This document shows positions 52,625-61,275 of a stretch of 64,000 nucleotides of DNA, piece after piece. Below the pieces are notes generated by a model that had not been told where the DNA came from, did not search any database, and was given only the letters and a program-made list of their open reading frames with translations. Every line of letters starts with the position of its first letter. Within the stretch, counting starts at the first letter, position 1. The DNA is from Verrucomicrobiota bacterium (GTDB lineage: Bacteria; Verrucomicrobiota; Verrucomicrobiia; Limisphaerales; SXQI01). Position numbers and translations under genes: made by a program. Location: the NCBI GenBank assembly GCA_033762115.1, contig JANRLX010000103.1:18387-82386 (forward strand), given 5' to 3'.

Positions 52625-53125
52625 ATGGACCTCTACCTTCTCCGGCATGCAATTGCAGAAACGCTGGAGGATGCCGGTGTCGAACTGGACGCTGACCGTC
52701 CCCTTTCTCCGGATGGAAAACACAAGATGGTGAAAATTGCCGGGACTTTTTCCACCCTCGGAGTGCAGGTGGATCGTGTGTTGACCAGCCCATTCAAACG
52801 GGCCAGGGACACTGCCGAGATCGCCGCAAAAGCTTTAAAGACTGAGTGTGAAATCCTGCCAGCCCTCGCCGCAGGGAAACCCACCATGAAAGTGATTGCT
52901 GAATTGGCTACACGACAGGCAAAAAACGACGCGATCATGATCGTCGGCCATGAGCCTGATTTCAGCCGGTTAATCTCAATGCTTTTGTCCGGGAGCGCGG
53001 ACCTTCAAATCACGATGAAAAAGGCGGGGTTGTGCAAATTGCGCGTGGAACGATTCACCCCCGGAAATTTCGCCACGCTTGAATGGCTCCTCACCCCGAA
53101 ACAGATGCTCGCCATTGCCAGCTAG
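52625..53125 (+). CDS. sixA: Phosphohistidine phosphatase SixA
   Basis: 'LYLLRHAIAE', 'RPLSPDG', 'VLTSPFKRARDTA', 'IVGHEPDFS'. Confidence 0.85.
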   Translation: MDLYLLRHAIAETLEDAGVELDADRPLSPDGKHKMVKIAGTFSTLGVQVDRVLTSPFKRARDTAEIAAKALKTECEILPALAAGKPTMKVIAELATRQAKNDAIMIVGHEPDFSRLISMLLSGSADLQITMKKAGLCKLRVERFTPGNFATLEWLLTPKQMLAIAS

Positions 53126-54234
53126 GCAATCAGCGAATCCATCCTCTCCGAAAGCCAGGCTTCTTCAACAGGCTGTCCGTACTCCACCTCCCCAATCGAT
53201 TTTGCCAGGACGAACTTGATCACCCCGCTGCTGACTTTTTTATCCAGTTTCATCGCAGCCAGCAGTTTTTCTTTTTTATCTTCCTTCAGCCGAACTCCCG
53301 TCGGTAATCCATAGCTGGCAAAAATCGCCTCGATCCGCTTCAACTCATTTTCCTTCAACCCCGTCTTTAAGGCGGAGATGCGGGCAGCGGCGATTTGCCC
53401 AATTGCAATGGCTTCTCCATGCAGATAAACACCGTAACCTGAAATGGCTTCCAACCCATGGCCAATCGTGTGGCCAAAATTAAGAATCGCCCGCACGCTC
53501 GTTTCAGTCTCATCGCGGCTGACCACCTCCGCCTTGATCTCACAGGAACGCGCAACCAGCTTTGCCAGCAATTCCGGCGATCTTTCAAGGACAGCAGCGG
53601 CTTCGTTTTCCAGGAGGCTGAACAGTGACCTGTCATGAATGATCCCGTATTTGATCACTTCAGACAGCCCCGCGCGGAATTCCCGCTGCGGCAGGGTCCC
53701 AAAAGTATCCAGGTCACAAACCACAAGCTGCGGTTGATGAAACGCGCCAACGAGATTTTTTCCCGCCATCAGGTTCACCCCGACTTTCCCACCCACCGAT
53801 GAATCCACCTGCGCCAGCAGCGTGGTGGGAACCTGTACAAAAGGAATCCCGCGCAAATAAGTCGCCGCAACAAAACCGGCCAAATCCCCAACCACCCCGC
53901 CTCCCAACGCAATAATAAATGATTTCCGTTCCACGCGATGCGCAGCCAGTTGATTGTAGCAATCCTCCACAGATTTTAATGATTTCGAGGATTCCCCTGC
54001 CGGAACGGTGATGATGAACGGATCAAACCCCGCGCCACGCAAACTGCCTGCGACCACTTCCCCATACAGCGGGCCAACCGCCGAGTCCGTGACAATGGCG
54101 CATTTGCCGACGAGGTTCAGCTCCGCGCAGAAGGAGCCAGTCTGAGGCAAAAGCCCGCTGCCGATTTTGATCGAGTAGCTTCGACTGCCAAGCGCAACAG
54201 GAACGTTCACCATTTGAAAAAGAATAGAAGTCAT
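53122..54234 (-). CDS. aroB: 3-dehydroquinate synthase
   Basis: 'IALGGGVVGDLAGFVAATYLRGIPFVQVPTTLLAQVDSSVGGKVGVN', 'NFGHTIGHGLE', 'HGEAIAIG'. Confidence 0.95.
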   Translation of the reverse strand: MTSILFQMVNVPVALGSRSYSIKIGSGLLPQTGSFCAELNLVGKCAIVTDSAVGPLYGEVVAGSLRGAGFDPFIITVPAGESSKSLKSVEDCYNQLAAHRVERKSFIIALGGGVVGDLAGFVAATYLRGIPFVQVPTTLLAQVDSSVGGKVGVNLMAGKNLVGAFHQPQLVVCDLDTFGTLPQREFRAGLSEVIKYGIIHDRSLFSLLENEAAAVLERSPELLAKLVARSCEIKAEVVSRDETETSVRAILNFGHTIGHGLEAISGYGVYLHGEAIAIGQIAAARISALKTGLKENELKRIEAIFASYGLPTGVRLKEDKKEKLLAAMKLDKKVSSGVIKFVLAKSIGEVEYGQPVEEAWLSERMDSLIA

Positions 54235-54302
54235 CTCGCAAGTTGTCCATTTGTGAGATGACTTCCACGCAGGGGCTTTCCTCAGCCAAAGGCAAAACAG
54301 CG

Positions 54303-57300
54303 TTAACGGGAGACTGTCTTTGCATGGTTCAGGAAAAGTGCTGTGGGAGCGGAGTTTTGCGTGACCGCCAGGTCCGGCAACCCATCATGATTAAAATCCC
54401 CCACCGCGCAGCCCCGCTGCTCACCCAGCAACCGGATGCCGCTCTCCTTCGCATTCAGCGCGCGGAATTGCCCTGCGCCATTACCCAGCAGAAGCAACCC
54501 CTGTCCCGCATCATAACGGGTCGATTCAGCGCGCACCGCGAAAAAATTTTGCGCAAGAAACAGATCGAGGTGTTTGTCATTGTTGAAATCGGCCGCGGCC
54601 ATGTCAAAAACCGGTGCGAATTGCGCTTCCTGCGGCAAATCCACCGCCACGAATGCTCCCCCTCGATTGAGGAATAACGTCGTTTTCAGATGATTGACTT
54701 CAAGAAAGCCCGCCCTGGTTCCTTGCGCGGCAAGCAACTCCTCAATCCCCGCACGGGCAAAGGCATGGTGGGTCGGGAAACGTTCGCGAATGCGCGGAAA
54801 AAATTTTGCGTAATCATTCAGCGTTCGGGCGGGCACATACTTGCCCAGCTCGGGAGCGAAGTATGATTCAAGCGGATCAATCCGCTGGTCTCCGTCGAAA
54901 TCATTATAATAAAGGCGCAACGGCTTGACCCGATACGATTCATACTGCGTATTGCTGCCAAAATTCCCCGCCACAATATCCATGCTCCCATCCCCATCAA
55001 AATCACCTGCCGCCACGCTGGTCCACAATCCCTTGAGCCCTGCCAGTGTTGCATCCTGCCGTTCCACAAGTCGTCCCTGCCGGTTCGTGAACAGCCGGAT
55101 CGTTCCCCACTCCGTCGCCACCACCAAATCCTCCCAACCATCCTGATTCAGGTCCGTGAACAGGCTGGCAGTCACAAGCCCCAGGTTTGTCAAAATGTTG
55201 CCATGCTCCGTCGATGGAAAAAAATCTCCCTCCCGCTGCAACAACAGAAGCGATGAGGCAGGTTCAGGATAACGCCCAGGTTTGCTTCGGCCTCCCAGAA
55301 AAAGATCAGGCGAGCCGTCCCGATTCACATCACCGAGCGCCATCGTTCCCACGCTCGAATTCCACGCCGGGATAGGATTGGTCGAAAGCGAGCCGCTCAG
55401 ATTGATTCGCACCACTGCATTGCCTGCCGCCAGGCCATCCTCATCGTTCGATTGCGCGATGAGCAACTGGCTTCCTCCGGTTGACGTGAGGATTGCCACA
55501 GCAGATTGGTCACGCGTTGAAACCGGAAGCTGGCTTGCATTCGTGAACCTTCCATTTTCAACGTTTTGCAACAAAGCCAGGCGACCCCCTTTGCCGGCAG
55601 GCACGATCAAATCAGTCAGGCCATCCCTGTTGAAATCAGCAGCGGCCACCTTTGGCCCTTCATGGCTGAGCTTGCGCGGCAGGAACGGCTGGCGTGCAAA
55701 ATCGTCAAACGGCGCATCCTGGTGAATGTGGCTCAACAGACCTGAAACATTCGTGAACAGTGACGCACTTTCCGGAGGTGCTGGCAGTCTCACTGCGGGA
55801 GTGTCTGGTTCACTGATCGTGTAATGAGTGTTCGCCGCACAGTTCGTCAGTTCTGTTTTCCGCCCCGAACGCCAATGCACCACGAGGCTGAATGGAGCCG
55901 AAGGCGCGGCAAATATCCGCACGGTCTGGTCTCCTGAAAGATATTTCCCACCCGCGATCACTTCACTTTGATTTGTGTAATCCCTCGTCCGAAGTTCGAT
56001 TCGCGATCCTATCGCGTTGTTGTTGGGTGATTTTCCCTTGAGCTGGATTGCCACCCGAGCGCCGGGAAAATCGTTTCGATAAATATGAGCAGGCGCATTG
56101 AGATTATTCAGTGCCAGATCGTAATCGCCGTCGTTATCCAGGTCAGCCAGCCCCAGGCCATGCGAAATGGCTGGTATGGTGAATCCCCAGGCCTTTCCCA
56201 CTTCTTCAAAGCGCAGGTTCCCCTGGTTTCGAAAAGCGACCAGCGGTGTGCTGAAATCGGGATAATTGGTCCGCAGCATCAGTTGTTCCTTTGGATCGAG
56301 CTTCCTCGACGCTTGCATCGATTTGATCAACTCATTCGCATCGGCATCGCGCACATCCCGACTGAACCCGTTCGAAACCAGCAAATCCTCCCACCCATCA
56401 AGGTCAAAATCGGCGAAGGCCGGTGTCCACGACCAGGAGGAAGCCTCCACCCCGGCCAGGCAGGCAATTTCTGCGTAGCTGCCGTCCCCGCGATTCAGGT
56501 AAAGCATGTTGCGGGGCGATTGCGGTCGAAACCCAAGGTCACCCGCCCGATACTCCGGATAATGATTCCCCTCCAGCTGGGTCAATCGCCGCTGATGATC
56601 GCGACTCAACATGTCCAGAACGATAAAATCCAGATGCCCGTCGCGATTGATGTCAGCGGCATCGACCCCCATCGATGAAAGGCACGTTTGCCGAAACACA
56701 TGCGCAGCTGCCGCGCGAAACGTCCCTTTGCCATTATTGATCCAGAAACGGTCTGGCGAATGGCTGTCGTTGCAAACGTAAATATCCGGTGCTCCGTCGC
56801 CGTTGAAATCGCGCATCAACACTCCCAGTCCCCAGTCGTAGGGAATAGACGCCACCTCTCCGTTTTCATCCAGGAACGCCCCCGAATTCCACGGCACATG
56901 GAGAAACCGCCCTCCTCCATTATTCAAATAATACCGGTCTGCCTGGCCATGCTCGAGCGGTCCGCCATTTGGCCCGATGCTGAATCTTCCCTGCAATTCG
57001 GGAGAGGTCACGGGAACACCGTTAAATTTTGTGATACGCCTCTGCCCGCCGATGGTCCCAAGCGTGAAACCAGCTGGTACCTGGTCTGGCAGGGCAATCG
57101 GCCGGTAGGCCGAAACATACAGATCCAGGTCCCCATCCCCATCAGTATCCGCAAGCGCAACGCTCATGGCGGCAATGTTGGTGGATAATCCGGAGGCAGC
57201 GGTCTGGTCCTGAAAAGTTCCGTTTCCTTGATTGATAAAAAGCGTCGTTCCCCGGTTCAAACTATTCACCAGCAGATCAACATCTCCATCCCCGTCGATA

Positions 57301-57710
57301 TCCGCAAAGACTGCCCCGGTCGCATCCAATCCCGGCGCGGCCACTCCTGCCTTCTCTGTAATCTCTTCAAAGCGAAAATCGCCGAGGTTCCGAAACAACT
57401 TGTTCTCTGAATCGATTCCGCACAGGTACAAATCGCACCAGCCATCCCCATCGACATCACCAAATGCAAGGCCGGAGCCGTTATTAATCGGGGAATTTGT
57501 GATCGAATGATCGAGGTTCAGGACATTGGTGAACAGGACCCCGCTGTTCGTCACCAGTGTGAATCCCTTTTTCCCGGTGGGTTGTTCAGGCAGGGCGCGG
57601 GTAATAATTTCCTGCGCGGCCAGTTCCACTCTGCACAACAGGATGAGTAAAAGAAGCGGTCGCAAGCGCACCCATTTTCCGCTCAAACTATTTCCAATCC
57701 ACAGTTCCAT
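54303..57710 (-). CDS. FG-GAP/VCBS-repeat protein with ASPIC/UnbV domain (CRTAC1-like), paralog 1; lacks the second (C-terminal) UnbV domain
   Basis: Many 'GD.DGDG..DL' repeats. Central UnbV 'AIGSRIELRTRDYTNQSEVIAGGKYLSGDQTVRIFA'. It ends '...LFLNHAKTVSR*', where the paralogs continue into a second UnbV domain. Confidence 0.85.
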   Translation of the reverse strand: MELWIGNSLSGKWVRLRPLLLLILLCRVELAAQEIITRALPEQPTGKKGFTLVTNSGVLFTNVLNLDHSITNSPINNGSGLAFGDVDGDGWCDLYLCGIDSENKLFRNLGDFRFEEITEKAGVAAPGLDATGAVFADIDGDGDVDLLVNSLNRGTTLFINQGNGTFQDQTAASGLSTNIAAMSVALADTDGDGDLDLYVSAYRPIALPDQVPAGFTLGTIGGQRRITKFNGVPVTSPELQGRFSIGPNGGPLEHGQADRYYLNNGGGRFLHVPWNSGAFLDENGEVASIPYDWGLGVLMRDFNGDGAPDIYVCNDSHSPDRFWINNGKGTFRAAAAHVFRQTCLSSMGVDAADINRDGHLDFIVLDMLSRDHQRRLTQLEGNHYPEYRAGDLGFRPQSPRNMLYLNRGDGSYAEIACLAGVEASSWSWTPAFADFDLDGWEDLLVSNGFSRDVRDADANELIKSMQASRKLDPKEQLMLRTNYPDFSTPLVAFRNQGNLRFEEVGKAWGFTIPAISHGLGLADLDNDGDYDLALNNLNAPAHIYRNDFPGARVAIQLKGKSPNNNAIGSRIELRTRDYTNQSEVIAGGKYLSGDQTVRIFAAPSAPFSLVVHWRSGRKTELTNCAANTHYTISEPDTPAVRLPAPPESASLFTNVSGLLSHIHQDAPFDDFARQPFLPRKLSHEGPKVAAADFNRDGLTDLIVPAGKGGRLALLQNVENGRFTNASQLPVSTRDQSAVAILTSTGGSQLLIAQSNDEDGLAAGNAVVRINLSGSLSTNPIPAWNSSVGTMALGDVNRDGSPDLFLGGRSKPGRYPEPASSLLLLQREGDFFPSTEHGNILTNLGLVTASLFTDLNQDGWEDLVVATEWGTIRLFTNRQGRLVERQDATLAGLKGLWTSVAAGDFDGDGSMDIVAGNFGSNTQYESYRVKPLRLYYNDFDGDQRIDPLESYFAPELGKYVPARTLNDYAKFFPRIRERFPTHHAFARAGIEELLAAQGTRAGFLEVNHLKTTLFLNRGGAFVAVDLPQEAQFAPVFDMAAADFNNDKHLDLFLAQNFFAVRAESTRYDAGQGLLLLGNGAGQFRALNAKESGIRLLGEQRGCAVGDFNHDGLPDLAVTQNSAPTALFLNHAKTVSR

Positions 57711-60700
57711 CCTGCTTCACAATCAACAGTTTTCCCTCATCGCGCAATGGCACGCGCGTTTGCCTTCCCCCCGGCCATGAAATTTCCAGTTCCTCCGTTG
57801 CAGCGGGCCGCGCCACCACCTGGACCGGGGAATTGCAACTCCAATAGCCGCTCCCTGCCTGAATTTCCCGTGCAGGGCCGCTCCTTGTCGATGATCTGAC
57901 CCGGAGCTGTGCGCCGATCGCATTTCGGTTTTCTCGCGTCCCGATCAATTGAACCCTCAATCCCGGTGCGCCTCCTCGATTCTGAAAAAGCTGCGTATCA
58001 CTCCCGTTTTGGCTGACCGCCAGATCGACCCGCCCATCCTGATTGTAATCACAAACCGCTGCTGCCCGTTGATCCCCGTCGATTGCAATTCCGCTCCCGC
58101 TGGAACTCATCGGTTCGAACTCGCCAGTTCCATTTCCCCTCAGGAGTAATCCCCTCCCTGAATCATGCCGGGTAATCTGCGGAGAGACCCCGAAAAAATT
58201 TTGCGCGACAAAAATATCTTCATTCCGGTCACCATCAAAATCCGCCACCGCCAGGCCGAACACAGGCGAAAGCTGCGCTTCAGGCGGCAGCGGTTGCATT
58301 TTGAAACGGTTTCCCTCATTCATGAAAACTGCGCTTTGCAAACAGTTAACCGAAAGCGTGGCTGGCTTTTGAAAACCGCCCAGGATCGTTTTGATGTCCG
58401 CACTCCCAAAAGCCGCGTAAGTGGGAAACCGTCCTCTCAATGCCGGGATTGCCGCGCTCAAATTGTTGAAATCCCGGACCGGCACCTCGCGCCCCTCTTC
58501 AATCATCGTTTCGATCAAATCCAGAGAGCCGCTCGAATCAAAATCCCCATAATAAACCGTGAATGGCCGGGCGGCGCTCGCTCGGTAACCTGTGTTCAGC
58601 CCCCAGTTCCCCGCGACAAAATCCATCTGCCCATCATTGTTAAAATCTCCTGCGGCGATGCTGTTCCAGAATCCGGAAAACGCCTCGGTCTCATACTGCG
58701 CCGAGGCATCCTGGAATGTTCCCTTGTTCAGGAGGACCTTGATCGTCCCCCATTCCCTTGAAAGCAACAAATCGGGAGCATGGTCCTGGTTGAGATCAAT
58801 GAAAATGGCCGCCGTAACCATCCCTATGTTTGTCAGCACGGTCTGCCGAACATCCGGGAGGTACCGTCCACCCTCATTTTTCAGGAGCAGCGAGGATGCA
58901 GCCATTGGATATTTTCCGGGAATCGCCCGCCCGCCCACAAACAGGTCCAGGTCTCCATCTCCATCAATATCCGCCATCGCCACCGGCCCGACGCTCGATG
59001 ACATTGCCGGGGCAATCGCCGCCCCCTCCCCGCTTTGAAGATCCAACGCACGCACCGGAGGATCGATTGGCAATCCATCTTCATGATTCGACGATCCAGC
59101 CACAAGCTGCGTTGGCGTTCCTTCAAGCAGCAGCAACGAAGTCTGGTCACGGGCTAATTTAATGCTGAATTGGTTGCTCACCCGTTGAAAATTCTCCCTG
59201 CCATTCTTCAGGAAGGCCATGCTCCCGCCGCGACTTCCTCCCACGATTAAATCCTCCCGCCCATCCCCATCAAAATCTCCCCAGGCCAGCCCCGGCCCAC
59301 CCTGGCTCACTTTTCTCGGCAGGAGAGGTTGCCGCGCAAAATCATCAAACAGATTTTCCTCATGTCGATGGGAGAGTTGCTCCGATACATTTTGAAATAA
59401 GGGCGGCGGCCGGGTTGTTGAAGCAGGAGCCACTTTCTTTTCCGGATCGTACTCGATGATATAGGCGTGGTTTTGCACCAGGTTCGTGTGGAGGGTTCGC
59501 GTGCCGCCTGGCCATCGCACTTCCACATCCATTGTTTCTTTTTTCGCCGCAAACACCCGGAGTGTGTCGCCGCCTGAAAGATACCTGCCCCCCGCAATGA
59601 TCTCCTGCGATTGCTCCATCCCGCCTCGGACAATCACCCGCGCGCCAATTGCCTGGCTGTTTTGGCCGCTCCCTTTCAATCGAATCGAAAGACGCGGGGC
59701 CGGACAATCATTTCGGTACAGGCTTGCTGCTTGGTTCAGATTATTCACCACCAGGTCAAGGTCCCCATCCAGGTCCAGGTCCGCCGCCGCAATTCCATGC
59801 GAGACACCCGGCAAATCGAATCGCCATTCAGCCGAATAGTTGGTGAAGGTGCCATCCCCCCGGTTTTTAAAGGCGAGGTTCTCAAGCATCAGCGGCGGAT
59901 ACATCAACAATTTCTGCGGCATCCGTTCTTTTGACCAGGGCCCGCTGGCTGCTATCCGTTGCTCTGCATCCTGGTCCTGTGTATCAAACATGTTCCCCGT
60001 GGTGATCAGCAAATCCTCATAATCATCCAGGTCGACATCGATGAAAAGCGGGGACCAGGACCACCCCGTGGCTTCCACTCCTGCCCTCCAGGCGGCTTCC
60101 GCGAAAGTGCCGTCTCCCCGGGCCAGTTGAAGAACATTCCGGTCAAGTTGCTGGCGTTCCCCAAAAACTCCGGGAAGCTGCTCCGATTTTTCTCCCAGCA
60201 ACTGGCGCATCCGCCGCTCATGCTTCCGGTCCAGCATATCAAGCACGAGGTAATCATCATCCCCGTCACGGTCCACATCAGAAAAATCGATTCCCATCGA
60301 AAAGGTTGAGGAACTGCGGATCGCCAACGGGGATGCTTCCATGAATTTTCCTTTTCCGCTGTTCAGCCAGATTCGATCCGGCGAATGAAAATCGTTGCAC
60401 ACGTAAAGGTCAGGCAGGCCATCCATGTTGATGTCACGGAACATCGCCGTAAGCCCCCAGTCACGCGGCGCTTTCTTCAACGGCTGCCCGGAGGCATCGA
60501 GGAAATTTCCCGAAGCAAAGGAAAGTTCCCGGAATTTCCCATTCCCCTCATTGAGATAAAAATAATCCACCTGCCCATGCTCAAGCAACCGGCCATCCGG
60601 CGTCAGTTCATAATCTTCCCGGTCCTCCGGCCTCAACATGCGTTTCCCACCCACAGTCAGGAGGCTGAACCCGCTCGTCCGGATCGTGTTGGTCCGGTAA

Positions 60701-61272
60701 TTCGTCACATATAAATCAAGGTCGCTATCCCCATCCACATCCGCCAGCGCAAGCGACATGCTCCCTCCTTTTCGATGCAGTCCCGAGTTCAACTGCTCGG
60801 AAAAATTTCCTGCGCCATCGTTAAGGAAAAACCGCGTCCCGGTGCCCAGCCCATTCACAAGCAGGTCAAGATCGCTGTCCCCATCCAGATCAGCAAAGGT
60901 CGCCCCGGTTGAGAAATGATTGCTGCACGCCACACCTGCTTTCATTGCGCGCTCCTCGAATTTCCAGTTACCCTGGTTGAGATAGAGCGCATTGGCATCC
61001 CCCAGCCGGCACAGGTAAATATCGGCCAATCCATCTCCATTCACGTCACCCAGCGCCACCCCCGAGCCGTTTAACCGAATCTGATTTTCAGCCGCAGCTT
61101 CACTGGAAAGAATATTTGTGAATTCGACTCCCGTGCTCGCGGGTGCAAGAAGTGTGAAACCAGTCGGGCGCGAAGCATCGAAATGAAGCGCTTTGCCGGA
61201 AATCTCTGCCGCCTGCCCTGCCACGGCGAAGGCAGTCAGCAGCAATCCCGGCACTGTGGCGTGAAACCGCAT
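57688..61272 (-). CDS. FG-GAP/VCBS-repeat protein with two ASPIC/UnbV domains (CRTAC1-like), paralog 2
   Basis: Signal peptide, FG-GAP repeats, and UnbV domains 'AIGARVIVRGGMEQSQEIIAGGRYLSGGDTLRVFA' and 'AIGAQLRVRSS....REIQAGSGYWSCNS'. Confidence 0.9.
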   Translation of the reverse strand: MRFHATVPGLLLTAFAVAGQAAEISGKALHFDASRPTGFTLLAPASTGVEFTNILSSEAAAENQIRLNGSGVALGDVNGDGLADIYLCRLGDANALYLNQGNWKFEERAMKAGVACSNHFSTGATFADLDGDSDLDLLVNGLGTGTRFFLNDGAGNFSEQLNSGLHRKGGSMSLALADVDGDSDLDLYVTNYRTNTIRTSGFSLLTVGGKRMLRPEDREDYELTPDGRLLEHGQVDYFYLNEGNGKFRELSFASGNFLDASGQPLKKAPRDWGLTAMFRDINMDGLPDLYVCNDFHSPDRIWLNSGKGKFMEASPLAIRSSSTFSMGIDFSDVDRDGDDDYLVLDMLDRKHERRMRQLLGEKSEQLPGVFGERQQLDRNVLQLARGDGTFAEAAWRAGVEATGWSWSPLFIDVDLDDYEDLLITTGNMFDTQDQDAEQRIAASGPWSKERMPQKLLMYPPLMLENLAFKNRGDGTFTNYSAEWRFDLPGVSHGIAAADLDLDGDLDLVVNNLNQAASLYRNDCPAPRLSIRLKGSGQNSQAIGARVIVRGGMEQSQEIIAGGRYLSGGDTLRVFAAKKETMDVEVRWPGGTRTLHTNLVQNHAYIIEYDPEKKVAPASTTRPPPLFQNVSEQLSHRHEENLFDDFARQPLLPRKVSQGGPGLAWGDFDGDGREDLIVGGSRGGSMAFLKNGRENFQRVSNQFSIKLARDQTSLLLLEGTPTQLVAGSSNHEDGLPIDPPVRALDLQSGEGAAIAPAMSSSVGPVAMADIDGDGDLDLFVGGRAIPGKYPMAASSLLLKNEGGRYLPDVRQTVLTNIGMVTAAIFIDLNQDHAPDLLLSREWGTIKVLLNKGTFQDASAQYETEAFSGFWNSIAAGDFNNDGQMDFVAGNWGLNTGYRASAARPFTVYYGDFDSSGSLDLIETMIEEGREVPVRDFNNLSAAIPALRGRFPTYAAFGSADIKTILGGFQKPATLSVNCLQSAVFMNEGNRFKMQPLPPEAQLSPVFGLAVADFDGDRNEDIFVAQNFFGVSPQITRHDSGRGLLLRGNGTGEFEPMSSSGSGIAIDGDQRAAAVCDYNQDGRVDLAVSQNGSDTQLFQNRGGAPGLRVQLIGTRENRNAIGAQLRVRSSTRSGPAREIQAGSGYWSCNSPVQVVARPAATEELEISWPGGRQTRVPLRDEGKLLIVKQDGTVDWK

Positions 61273-61275
61273 CGC

